NCBI RefSeq assembly: GCF_006345805.1
Contig: NW_021832756.1
Coordinates: forward strand, 1 to 32,785
Direction of reading: 5' to 3'
From: Octopus sinensis
Lineage: Eukaryota
Length of the DNA stretch: 32,785 nt
Part shown: piece by piece, positions 9,346 to 19,861 of the stretch
How positions within the stretch are numbered: position 1 is the first letter of the stretch
Layout of the letters: each line of letters begins with the position of its first letter
Position numbers and translations under genes: made by a program
Notes under the pieces: model-generated
The model's input: the letters and a program-made list of their open reading frames with translations, nothing else
Database searches by the model: none
Told to the model about the DNA's origin: nothing

Positions 9346-10394
9346 TAGACATACAGACAGAGAGAGTGAGCGAGAATGGAAAGAGATAGTCATGACAATT
9401 TATGTATTGAACATGATTGTCATATTCTCCTCATGCCCACAGAGAAATCGGCTCACCCTTATAAACAGAGAAAGAGAGAGAAAGAGATAGAGATAGAGAT
9501 AGAGAGAAAGCCAGAGGGAGGGAGGGAGGGAGAACGAAAGAGAAAGATGGAGAGGGAAAAAGAAAAAAATTAAAACGTCTTATGTTAAATAAGTGATCGT
9601 AGAATCAGTAACGCCAAATAGTCAGTGCCGGAACGGGTACACCAAAATATTTCATTCCTTTGCTTTTAAATGCCCAAGTCGTCGCGAGTAGACACGAACA
9701 TGCAGTCTGTCCTCCCATCGTTGGCCACGAGGAGGAGGTTGCAGTAGCACTATACCGGATACTTTATCGAAGCCAAAAAGAAAATGAAAGACAGACTCAA
9801 CGTCGGCGAGATTTCTACTCAGAACAGCAGAACAAATATCGCAGCGCTTTCTGTTCAACTCTCTAACGACTCAGTCAATGGTAACTGGAATAACCTCTTG
9901 GAATAGCATTATACATAACAACATGAATAACATTGAAAAAAGCACACTGTTTAAAAATACTTTTTTATTTTATTTTTGATGTTTCATATTTCCCGTGCAC
10001 TTATTTTTGTAGAAAATATAAATGAAAGACATGATATTTTCTTTGTTCTTCATAATATTTGAACCGTATTTATTGTTGACATCTTAAAGAAAAAAAATGA
10101 TAAACACGGAATTAACTTCTTTGATTTATATTTTGAGATATTTATTGAGCAGTTTATAATTAAAAATCCATATCCCAAACATTTAGAAGCGTTTTTTTTT
10201 CAGTTCTCTTTTATTTGCGTACGTCTTTGAACAACTTCTCCAAATTACGGCGAAATGTACACAATATATGTTAGTCAACGATAAATAGAATGAAATCGAT
10301 ATTAAATCAGTTCACTAAATATTTAATACTTATATTTCAAGCATTGCCAAAAGGTCATAAAATATGCAAAAGAAAAGAGTCGATTAAGTGCGAC

Positions 10395-10520
10395 GATTAC
10401 AACTTATTTTCATTGACATCGGAAAAATTAAAAGGCAAGGCCAAACCCGTCGGGATTCGAACTCGGAGAGTAAAAAGACGCAAATCATTTTCTCCGTCAT
10501 TTTACTGTGTCTAGAATTCA
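10395..10520 (-). mobile_element. Old degenerate SINE family A fragment
   Basis: ACTTATTTTCATTGACATCGGAAAAATTAAAAGGCAAGGCC...GGATTCGAACTCGGAG resembles the reverse complement of the family core and B-box. Confidence 0.55.
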
Positions 10521-10802
10521 CCCGCCCCCGTTTTACAGTATATTCGATATCGCACTGGGTAGAAGACTACTGCGCAGTAGTGGGACCTTCAGGAAACAGC
10601 AGCCGACTCTACCTCAAATTTTTCCTTAGTATCTTAGTAAAAAGCATAAATTGGATAGTATAGCACTAAACAGACTATGGCTAAAAATAAGGATGGCATG
10701 ACTGAGAACGGGGCAACCCTAATTGAACATTCAAGGACATGTTCCATCATCAATTCAATCAAGATTAACCTGGAGGTAAACAATGATATATATTCAGTAT
10801 TA

Positions 10803-10905
10803 AACACACACACACACACACACACAAACACACACAAACACACAACACACACACACACACACACACACCACACACACACACACACTCACACAAACACACA
10901 CACAA
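10803..10905. repeat. (CA)n microsatellite, interrupted
   Basis: Direct reading. Confidence 0.95.
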
Positions 10906-11652
10906 CGATGGGCGGACAGACTGGATATTTGTTCCTGCTCGCAACTACTTGAGCATTTAAAAGCATAGAAATGAGATATTTTGACGTAGCCCTTTCGGCA
11001 CCGACTATTTGGCTTTACTGATTCCACTATCACTTATTTAACATCAGACATTTTTTCTTTTCGGGTCTTAGGACAGCAGCAGCACAACGGGGTGAGACGA
11101 TGGATCTGAGAGGAAGGCCACACTGCTGCTAAAATCTATGACACACACACACAAGCATGCACACACACACATACACGCACACATATACAGACAAACAAGG
11201 ACACAAACGCTTGCGCACATAAAGATACACAACAAAAAGAAAAAGAAACAAAAAAATGGAGTAAGTGGAGCAAGAACACACACGAAAATGAAAAGTGTCG
11301 CTTAAGAGGTTACATATGCGTAACTAAAGATTTCCGGACAATGGACACGACTTAAATTAATAAAATAAGAACAGTGATAAACGAGTGAATTAAAATATAT
11401 AGTGCGTGTGTTTATTGGCAAAAGAAAAATGAGCTATCCGAAAATGCAATTATATATATATATATTTGAGTAGTTGAATGAATTATCTTATTAAGGATAA
11501 TTCGAAAGATAACCGATACCTGGGTAGCAAATTATATATATATATATATGAGAGAAGAAAATGGATATAATATCAATGGGAAACTCGTGGTTTACACTGG
11601 CATGTCTTTAATTAAATAAGTAACAAGGAAGCAATAAGCAGATATATATACA

Positions 11653-11726
<74 letters not shown>

Positions 11727-11768
11727 CAATAATAATTCTCTAAACGAGATATAAACAGTAACTGCTCC

Positions 11769-11875
11769 ATAACATAAGGGACATCAGCCATCTGAATGTG
11801 GCTAGAGGCAGTAACACCCCCACCGCCCTGCCCTGTCCCTAGCCACATTCAGATGGCTGATGTCCCTTATGTTAT
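11769..11875. repeat. Perfect 37-bp inverted repeat with a 33-nt C-rich spacer (MITE-like or hairpin RNA)
   Basis: ATAACATAAGGGACATCAGCCATCTGAATGTGGCTAG (11769-11805) is the exact reverse complement of 11839-11875. Confidence 0.95.
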
Positions 11876-11896
11876 ATATATATACATATATATATA

Positions 11897-12107
11897 AAGG
11901 CAGCGAACTGACAGAATCGTTAACACGTGAAGTGGCATTTCTTCTGTCTCTTCGTTCTGCGCTCAAATTTCGCCGACGTCGACTTTGCCTTTCAACCTGT
12001 CGGGGTAGATAAAATAAGTACCAGATGGGCACAAGGGTTGATGTAATCGACTTATTTGACTCCCACCCGAAATTACTGGCCTTGTACCAACATTTGAAAT
12101 CAATATT
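11897..12107 (+). mobile_element. SINE family A copy
   Basis: AAGGCAGCGAACTGACAGAATCGTTAACACG...GTCGACTTTGCCTTTCAACC...GATAAAATAAGTACCAG, tail TTTGAAATCAATATT. Confidence 0.85.
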
Positions 12108-12118
12108 GAAATATATAA

Positions 12119-12348
12119 GAACGGTGAGTTGGCACAATGTTTAACATGCCGAGTTAAATGCTTAGTGGTAGTTTCGTATGTCTTTAGGTTCAGAGTTCAA
12201 ATTATATCGAAGTCGAGTTTGCCTTTCATGTCTTCGGAGTCACTAAAATAAATACCAGTTGAGCATCGGAGAAGGTGGGTTTCGATGTAATCGACTAGTC
12301 CCCTCCTCTAAAATTCCAGTCCATGTGCCTAAATTTGAAACCAATATT
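12119..12348 (+). mobile_element. SINE family A copy, directly downstream of the previous one
   Basis: ACGGTGAGTTGGCACAATG...TTTGCCTTTCATG...AAATAAATACCAG, tail AATTTGAAACCAATATT. Confidence 0.8.
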
Positions 12349-12397
12349 AAACACAAAATCCTACCTCGGAATCAGGGATTGAATTTAATATTTAAGC

Positions 12398-12491
12398 TTC
12401 CACAGACATTCAGAATTTCACTTAAGATCTCAGAAAAAAAAAAGTGCTAAAGAATTATAATAACATTTCCATATGCGATATCTTACAATAA
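12398..12491 (+). repeat. Unassigned dispersed repeat, copy 2 (pairs with 8412-8502)
   Basis: See copy 1. Confidence 0.75.
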
Positions 12492-13617
12492 TATTTTCAT
12501 ATAACATGTTCTCAAGGAATATGAACGTAGTCAGTGGATGAAATATGAATAGATATCTGAAAGAAAGAAGCGGATGGCATACTAGCTTTCAGTTTTATAA
12601 TTTCATAAGTGATCTATAAAAAGGAAAAATATGAGGCTTCTTTTTGTTAATGAAAAAGGAAAAAAAAAAGAGAGATAAAAAAATGTGATTTGAAGAATCG
12701 GAGTTTGAATACGTTGAATAGTTATTAGGATTTCATGTAGGAGATATTCAAAGTGCTTTACATGTGATTGAGAAGATGAGGAAGCGTTAGAAAGAATAAC
12801 CTAAAAGTCGATCGAAGTTAAAGAAGAAACTGACAGAGGCATTCACTTTAATTGTGAGTTGCTTTGGCAATTTTACACAAAGGCGTTACAAACACTGATT
12901 GTAGCTGAAACGTGATTAAAAATGTGCATTCGGCTATGCAGGGATACAAAAAAAACACAACAAAAACAAAAATCCAGCTAGAAAAAATACAAAGAAGAAT
13001 GAAATCCACTCAAAAGTGATTGATCTTATATTTTTGGAAATGAGACATAATACAAATCGACATGTAAAAAATCTTCGATTCACATCCAAGTGCTGGTTCA
13101 ATAACCAGCATCATTCCTTACGTCGTGTTCACTTTTCATACCGACTTCATTATAAGTCGTATATGATTTTTCGCACCCAACACAACACCGCAACGCTATT
13201 CTGAATAACTGGATGTTACCTTTTTTCTATCATACATGTCATTTAAACTGAATTAACTGTCCATTTCAAATATTCCCCGATTGTATTTCTTCTGCATTGA
13301 ACAAAGTAAAGCCGACTCAGAATTAATTGTTGTAAGAATGTTTTTCATTATGCATCCATCAATTGTATTCTTATGCAATTGCGACACATATCTGTAATCC
13401 ATGATTTTCGACCAAAAATAGATAAAAAGAAACGTAAGACAAGCGATAAAAAATGAAAGCGAATACTAAAAAGAGTTGGCTAATTGAATGGAACATACAA
13501 AAGCACACTACCACATGCATTTGTACATTAAATGTATGTATGTATGTATGTATGTATGTATGTATGTATGTATGTATGTATGTATGTATGTATGTATGCA
13601 TGCATATATGTATGTAT

Positions 13618-13955
13618 CAGTAAAGCTGGACTCAAGAGTCATCTTCGTAGTCATAAAGCGAGACAGATGAGTGACAACCTGGCTACTGGTGGTGGTGTAA
13701 CACACCATACTAATCATATCTCTCAGGCATATGGAAGAGAGTGTAATTCGGCAGGAGGACTTAAACGACATGCAAAAGTACATGAAGCTCAGTTACAATT
13801 ACAGCCGGCTATTACCGGTAAAGGTCTTAGTTGCCAATTCTGTACAAGACATTGTAGATCTTTAGCGAGGCTAAAATGTCACATTCGATCACAGCACCAG
13901 TAACAGTTAAGCTTCGTGCAATGGCCATACTTGATAACGATGGGGCAGCCATAAA
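13618..13955 (+). mobile_element. 5'-truncated LINE 3' end (RTE-like) encoding three tandem C2H2-type fingers, with a (GTAT)n tail
   Basis: Translation KAGLKSHLRSH...ECNSAGGLKRHAKVH...CQFCTRHCRSLARLKCHIRSQHQ, stop at 13901-13903. A ~50-nt UTR ending CAGCCATAAA is followed by (GTAT)n. The RTE assignment is inferred from the GLxSHxRxH-type C-terminal finger and the microsatellite tail. Confidence 0.7.
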
Positions 13956-14496
13956 GTATGTATGTATGTATGTATGTATGTATGTATGTATGTATGTATG
14001 TATGTATGTATGCAAGATAGGGTCGTCGGTGACTAAGCTGGCAACCCCATCAAGCTTGACGAGAAGGGTGATTGTTGGACACTTTGCAGGATGAAAAATA
14101 AGACTTGTCAAAGGGCGGAAGAGCTCATGAGCAGTCAACGGACATCAAACAATACGTGTCCATGTGTATGCATGCATGTATGTACGTATGCGTGGAGACA
14201 TGGAAATACTGGGTTGGTGTCCAGACGTGCAGTTGGCCCACTGGGAGTGGGAGCCTCCTCTGTTGTTGTCACATGTCTCTAGAAGAGGGAAACTCCTTAG
14301 AGAAAAACTATGACATTCACAATATTCGATGATGTAGACTCGTTCTTGTTTTGTTTTCGAGTTCACGTTGTCTCTGTTCAGAGAGTGGGATTGGATTTGT
14401 ACAAATATTTTCCCTGCTATAAAAAAAAAATCATCATGCAAAGGTGACGCTAGAAATAAAATGCCTGTCACAAAAATGGTTGATCGTACCAGTCGC

Positions 14497-14529
<33 letters not shown>

Positions 14530-14834
14530 TGTATATATGTATGTATGTATGTATGTAAGCATGCATGCATGTATGTATGTCATTCAGTTTATTTCAAGAT
14601 GTCCTGCCAATAGAGAAAGAACCGGTTTCTAACCTAGAGCTAACGTTCTTTATTTGGAATTTCAACATCAACAACAGGGTATGTATGTATGTATGTAGTA
14701 TGTATGTATGTATGTATGTATGTAAGCATGCATGCATGCATGTCTGTCTGTCTGTCTGTCTCTCTGTCTGTCTGTCTGTATGTATGTATGTATGTATGTA
14801 TGCATGTATGTATATATATATATGTATGCATGTG

Positions 14835-15197
14835 CAGATTTGTATGTTTTATAGTTACATATCTAGACATGCTCATCTATTTAAATGATAAACTGGAAAG
14901 TTTTCACAGAATTTTGCAGTTCCAGTGATGGATTGGATCTTTAGTCTTCGAATTAGCTTTATCCTTTCTGGTTTTCAGAAGACTAATTTCTCAATATTTT
15001 TTGTATTTAGGCAGTATGTTACATACCCCCACGACCCCAATAATTACAGGTATAAACCTGAAATTGTAATCTGGATAGAGTAACTGCAGATTTCTCAATA
15101 GTTCAGCATAGGTATTCTCTTTTTCACTGGTCTTCAGCATTATGTTAACATCCACTGGGCAGCTAATTTCCACAACTGTGTCTAGTTTCTCTTCTCT
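14835..15197 (-). mobile_element. 5'-truncated R4/Dong-like non-LTR retrotransposon 3' end (restriction-like endonuclease domain)
   Basis: Translation VVEISCPVDVNIMLKTSEKENTYAELLRNLQLLYPDYNFRFIPVIIGVVG matches the RLE pattern (D/E..P.D.N....E.EK..KY..L....W....IP.VIGALG). A frameshifted LIRRLKIQSITGTAK follows. Confidence 0.8.
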
Positions 15198-15227
15198 ATG
15201 TATGCATGCATGTATGTATGTATGTAA

Positions 15228-15258
<31 letters not shown>

Positions 15259-15559
15259 TGTATGTATGTATGTATGTATGTATGTATGTATGTATGTATG
15301 TATGTATGTATGTATTTGGGTGTATACAGAAGTTACTATCAACCTTTTTGTGTATATAGATAAATATGGCTAATATGGTACTCTACTGTAAAGTATTGAG
15401 GTAATCTTCAATTTAATATTCAACTGATTTTATATATATTTGGTTGTATCTCTGGAGGGTTAATATACCAATACTAAAAGTACGTTCTGGTTATATTTTA
15501 TTTCTTCATTTGTCAATTATCAATTAGTTACCTGACCAATTAATTAAATGATTGTTTGA

Positions 15560-15860
15560 TTAATTGTTCCTCATTAAATCACTTAGATATATTAATATCC
15601 TTTCATCTCCTTTTGGAGACCTCATCATTCATGAGTCTTCTCATCTTCAGAACTGTTTCAGATCTATCTGGAGTAGAGGTATGTTGATGAGGTTTCGAAT
15701 GGCGACGAGAGGACTTTGACAAACCAAGGTCATTGATTGAGTCACTGTCCGAACGATTAGTCACACAATCGATTAGTTAATTGCTTAAATAGGTAACGAG
15801 TTGAAAAATGAAGAAGTGAAACAGAAACAGTGCGTGTGTTTATCATTGGCAGAACGATCC
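15560..15860. mobile_element. Possible Penelope-like element relic with degenerate hammerhead-like cores on the minus strand
   Basis: The minus strand has CTGAAGA-TGAG/CTCA-TGAAT, then TGATGA-G-GTCTCC/GGAGAT-GAAA (15590-15650). AGTGCGTGTGTTTAT..TTGGCA at 15829 recurs at 11401. Confidence 0.35.
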
Positions 15861-16633
15861 TCTCGAGATACTTCAAAATACATTGTATGAGTTCACATCA
15901 AGAATTTTGCAAGCCAAATACAAAAACCAAATGTTTTATATATATATAGCTTTACTTGAAATCAAACACACGCACACACACACACACACACATGTATACA
16001 TGCACATACACACACACACATATGATCTCGATATATAAGTGGAGATATGTCAATATAGCTTTTGATTTTTGCATGCCTAGTTAAACAAACGACTTGAAAT
16101 TTAATGTAGCGCCGTTCACAATGTCTAGCAGGATTTATGGGAATAACAAGCAATGTGTTTAAAATGCTACGGGGAAAGAAACGATTAACTGATATTTCCG
16201 CCATGCATGTAACTGTCTTTATATTAGATTTATCAAAGCTGAGCTGAGGATGGTGATTTAGTGACCCACCCGGTACGCATAAAAATAGGTAACGCCGTGA
16301 GAACTATTTTTCACGTTTGTGGTTAGCATGAGAAGGCATACAACCACAGCTACTCCTCTTGGCATCGAACCATTTCTTAATCATCTTACCACATTTATCT
16401 TAAAGTCACACAATTAAAAGCAGTCACGGGCTCATAAGTTAATTCAGTTTATATTGAAACGTGTCCTATTCGAAATATCATTCTTAACATTAATTCAATA
16501 TTTCTTTTTTGAAGAAGGCTAATTTCACAGCCAAAATCATAGTTAAACTGCCTTTATTCTTCTCTTGACATATGAAACATATAATGGACATTTCTATATT
16601 AAAGAAACGAGTCGTAAGTTAATATAATGATGT

Positions 16634-16854
16634 CTGGCAGAATCGTTAGCACGCCGGGCGAAATGCGTAGCCGTATTTCGTCTGCCGTTACGTTCTGAGT
16701 TCAAATTCCGCCGAGGTCGACTTTGCCTTTCATCCTCTCGGGTTCGATAAATAAAGTACCAGTTTCACACTGGGTCGATGTAATCGACTTAATCCCTTTG
16801 TCTGCCCTTGTTTGTCCCCTCTATGTTTAGCCCCTTGAGGGCAGTAAAGAAATA
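16634..16854 (+). mobile_element. SINE family A, young subfamily, slightly 5'-truncated
   Basis: Nearly identical to 8924-9154, including the tail TTGTCTG..CTTGTTTGTCCCCTCTATGTTTAGCCCCTTG...GTAAAGAAATA. Confidence 0.9.
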
Positions 16855-17595
16855 TATATTAGAGTGGTTAATATATGTTTACAGTTCAAAACGTACGAGC
16901 GCACGACTCGTCTATTTGTCTCAGTTACAGTTTCAGACCAAGTGAAGATCAAGAATGGTCGGCCGGGAAGTGGAATATTGTTTGGTGTTCATAAATTTCG
17001 ACCAGTCAAGCAATGTAGTTGATGGTGCGATATCCCTTGCATTTTATTGATAAATAGTCGTGGCAATGGTCTGTGGACTTGCCTCTCCAGATGCTGAATT
17101 GCAATCTCTTCGATTTGTACCTGACCTCATTATACTTCTTCAGAATGTCACTGAGTCACCCAGTTTGAATTGTATCCAATACCATGACGTAAACGTCATT
17201 AACACAGAGATGCAAACACGGATCTCTTGGACCCCAGTTCAAGTAGAATAACGTAAACCCACTGATATGTTCTCGTTGGTGGCCTTAACCACTAAGCAAT
17301 CTGTTGACATTTGGATATGGAAGCGGATAAAAGGTGCAATGAACAGGTACCAAATACAATACAAGACGAAGACGTGTTTAGCTATCTGGGATTACTTTCC
17401 ATTTTGGCAAGATCAAATCAAATCGTTTTGATAATTATCAAGGCATGATCAAAAATATCTGTAGCCTGATAAGCTTTGCTGTCTTTCTCACCGCAATATG
17501 TCTGGAAGGATGTGTAGAAACTGTCAAAATACAAAGTTATTGAACTTGAAAGATGCAGAGAATGACCGTACATTCAGTACCAGTAATAATTAGAG

Positions 17596-17815
17596 CACGG
17601 CGAGCTGGCAGAATCGTTAGCACGCCGAGCGGAATGCTTCACGGCATTTCGCCTGTCTTCGTGTTCTGAGTTCATATTCCTCCGGGGTCGACTTTGTTTT
17701 CCGTCCTTTCGGGGTCGATAAATTAAGTACCAGTGACACACTGGGGTCAATGTAATCAACTGGTCCCCTCCCCAAAAATATGAAGGCCCTGTGCCTTCAG
17801 TAGAAAAAAAAAAAT
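17596..17815 (+). mobile_element. SINE family A copy
   Basis: GGCGAGCTGGCAGAATCGTTAGCACGCC...GGTCGACTTTG...CCTTTCGGGGTCGATAAATTAAGTACCAG. Confidence 0.9.
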
Positions 17816-18086
17816 AATTAGAGTACCGCAATCTGAAAGAGAAAAACGTAAAAATGTGCAAAGTCTAAAAAGTAATCCTATTAAGTCTCACAACTTCACA
17901 AAGCCCCGCCCAGCCAAACGAAACACCTTCACTTAACTTACATCATACGATAGGCACATGTTATAGAGTATACTTTTTATACAACACACATAGTGCATAC
18001 ATATTTCGTCAATTATTTAATAAATTAGAACATCTCATACAATACTTGCTCAACTATATCGATGCCTAATCATATAGGATAATCCA

Positions 18087-18234
18087 TGTGCCAAGACGGC
18101 TGTGCCAAGACGGCTGTGCCAAGACGGCTGTGCCAAGACGGCTGTGCCAAGACGGCTGTGCCAAGACGGCTGTGCCAAGACGTCTGTGCCAAGACGGCTG
18201 TGCCAAGACGGCTGTGCCAAGACGGCTGTGCCAA
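18087..18234 (+). repeat. 14-bp minisatellite (TGTGCCAAGACGGC) x ~10.5
   Basis: Ten complete units plus a partial TGTGCCAA. There is a single variant, G>T at 18183, and no spacers. Confidence 0.97.
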
Positions 18235-18576
18235 AGCATGTCACACTCTTAAAAGAAATACCAACTAAATATACTGTCTCCTTTCTTAACGAACAACGAT
18301 GTGCTGTTTTCGAAAACATCAAAAAAAAAAAAGACATAATTACGAACAAGAGAGCCGTACATCATACCTATAGACACAAACTGTACATACAGACACAAAC
18401 TGAAATTATATACAACATCTAAAATTCTCACATAAGACATAGCAGAGAAAGCAAACCGACCCAGGAATATATTTAGAAATATGGTGAGAGCAATTAAAAT
18501 AGTCGTATATCGCAGAGAGAAACAACATTGGTGTACAAACCATAAAACAAACCCATAAATGGGGCATATATGTGTT

Positions 18577-18617
<41 letters not shown>

Positions 18618-18852
18618 ATGTGTGTATGTGTGTGTGTGTGTGTGTGTATGTATGCATGGCCGCGGCCTTCGGGCTAAAACATTTTAAAGGATTTTTTAAG
18701 GATATATTTATGTATACATGTGTATATATATATGTATGTATATATATATGCATATATATATATATATATATACATATGTATGTATACATATATGTGTGTG
18801 TGTATTTATGTAAGCATAAATACGCATATATAATATGTATGCACCCATATAG

Positions 18853-18915
<63 letters not shown>

Positions 18916-19104
18916 CGTATTTATGTTAGTATGCGTACACATCTGTGTATACGGATAATACTCGAATACATACATAAATACTCATTTTCATAACAGAAGC
19001 ACGCACATATAAATCCCAGTATTTATAAAGACTCAGTATTTATAGGTGCTTGTGAGTGAGTGTTTTCTGATAGACCCCGTGTGCTTTACGTTGTTATGTT
19101 TTAT

Positions 19105-19262
19105 ATTTTACTTGTGTTAGCCATTTGACTCCCGCCATGCAAGGGTACCACCTTGAAGAGTTCAATCGAACAAATCGACCCTCAGTATTAATTTTTAAGT
19201 CAGGTATTTTTTGCTATGGTTAATTTACGGAGACGTAAAGAAACAAACAGCGGTTGTGAAGA
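19105..19262 (-). mobile_element. SINE family B, 3' half (degenerate)
   Basis: Minus strand CACAACCGCTG...TTTACGTCTCCGTAA...GGGTCGATTTGTTCGA...GTCAAATGGCTAACACAAGTAAAAT aligns to the 3' half of 31063-31482. Confidence 0.7.
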
Positions 19263-19292
19263 CATACATACATAAATACATACATAAATACA

Positions 19293-19640
19293 TTATGGCT
19301 GTCTACTTCTTTTGCAGAGTGTAGACCACCTCTTACACTTACACTTTAGATCTATCATGGTGTCTGATGTTGCTTTTTAAACTGGACAATGTTTTGAAAA
19401 GACACCCGCATAAATTGCATATCTGCTTTGGACCACCAAGATCTGCAGTTCAGTAATTATCTTTGTGGATCTTAAAATGTCTTTTGAGGCCTCCGTTAGA
19501 TCTGCAGACCTTATGGCAAACATGGTGTTGACAGGTATGCTCAGATAGGCAGAGTAGTTAGTAGAGGTTAACTTTACATGGGTCCGCAAATGAGATTTAA
19601 GCCCAGCAAAAGAAAGGCATGGTCTCTCACAAATTGTGTA
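19293..19640 (-). mobile_element. Second, divergent LINE 3' end (RTE-like) with three C2H2-type fingers; frameshifted, with an internal stop
   Basis: ICERPCLSFAGLKSHLRTH / (frameshift) CHKVCRSNGGLKRHFKIH / CNLCGCLFKTLSSLKSNIRHH. It ends CAGCCATAA + TGTA-type tail, like 13618-13955. Confidence 0.7.
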
Positions 19641-19684
19641 CACATGCATACATACATACATACATACATACATACATACATACA

Positions 19685-19718
<34 letters not shown>

Positions 19719-19774
19719 CATAATATACCTACATACATAAAAATTCATACATACAAACATACACACACACACGA

Positions 19775-19807
<33 letters not shown>

Positions 19808-19861
19808 GATATACCAAGCAGTTTTGGACTCAGGCGCACTAATTGACACCTTCGGCAAGTG

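Larger units (their letters stand above)
13535..15315. repeat. Cluster of (TATG)n arrays alternating with unique retroelement-like segments
   Basis: Arrays at about 13535-13617, 13956-13992, 14165-14191 (degenerate), 14498-14580, 14679-14830 and 15198-15315, separated by unique segments. Confidence 0.9.

Noticed and set aside
10566-10581. Perfect 16-bp palindrome ACTACTGCGCAGTAGT
   Set aside because: An 8-bp-arm palindrome is expected about 0.5 times in 33 kb by chance, and there is no supporting context.
13090-13165. Two short hairpins (TGCTGGTT/AACCAGCA and CGACTT/AAGTCG)
   Set aside because: Stems of 6-8 bp arise by chance, and there are no Helitron-type or terminator-type ends.
16925-17286. 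Selenoprotein or mitochondrial-code ORF suggested by three in-frame TGAs
   Set aside because: With TGA read as Trp it does not resemble a mitochondrial protein, I see no SECIS-like element, and the frame length is compatible with chance.
18087-18234. CRISPR-like array or repeat-protein ORF (CAKTAVPRRLCQDG)
   Set aside because: The units are contiguous with no spacers and no cas genes. The peptide period simply equals three 14-nt units.
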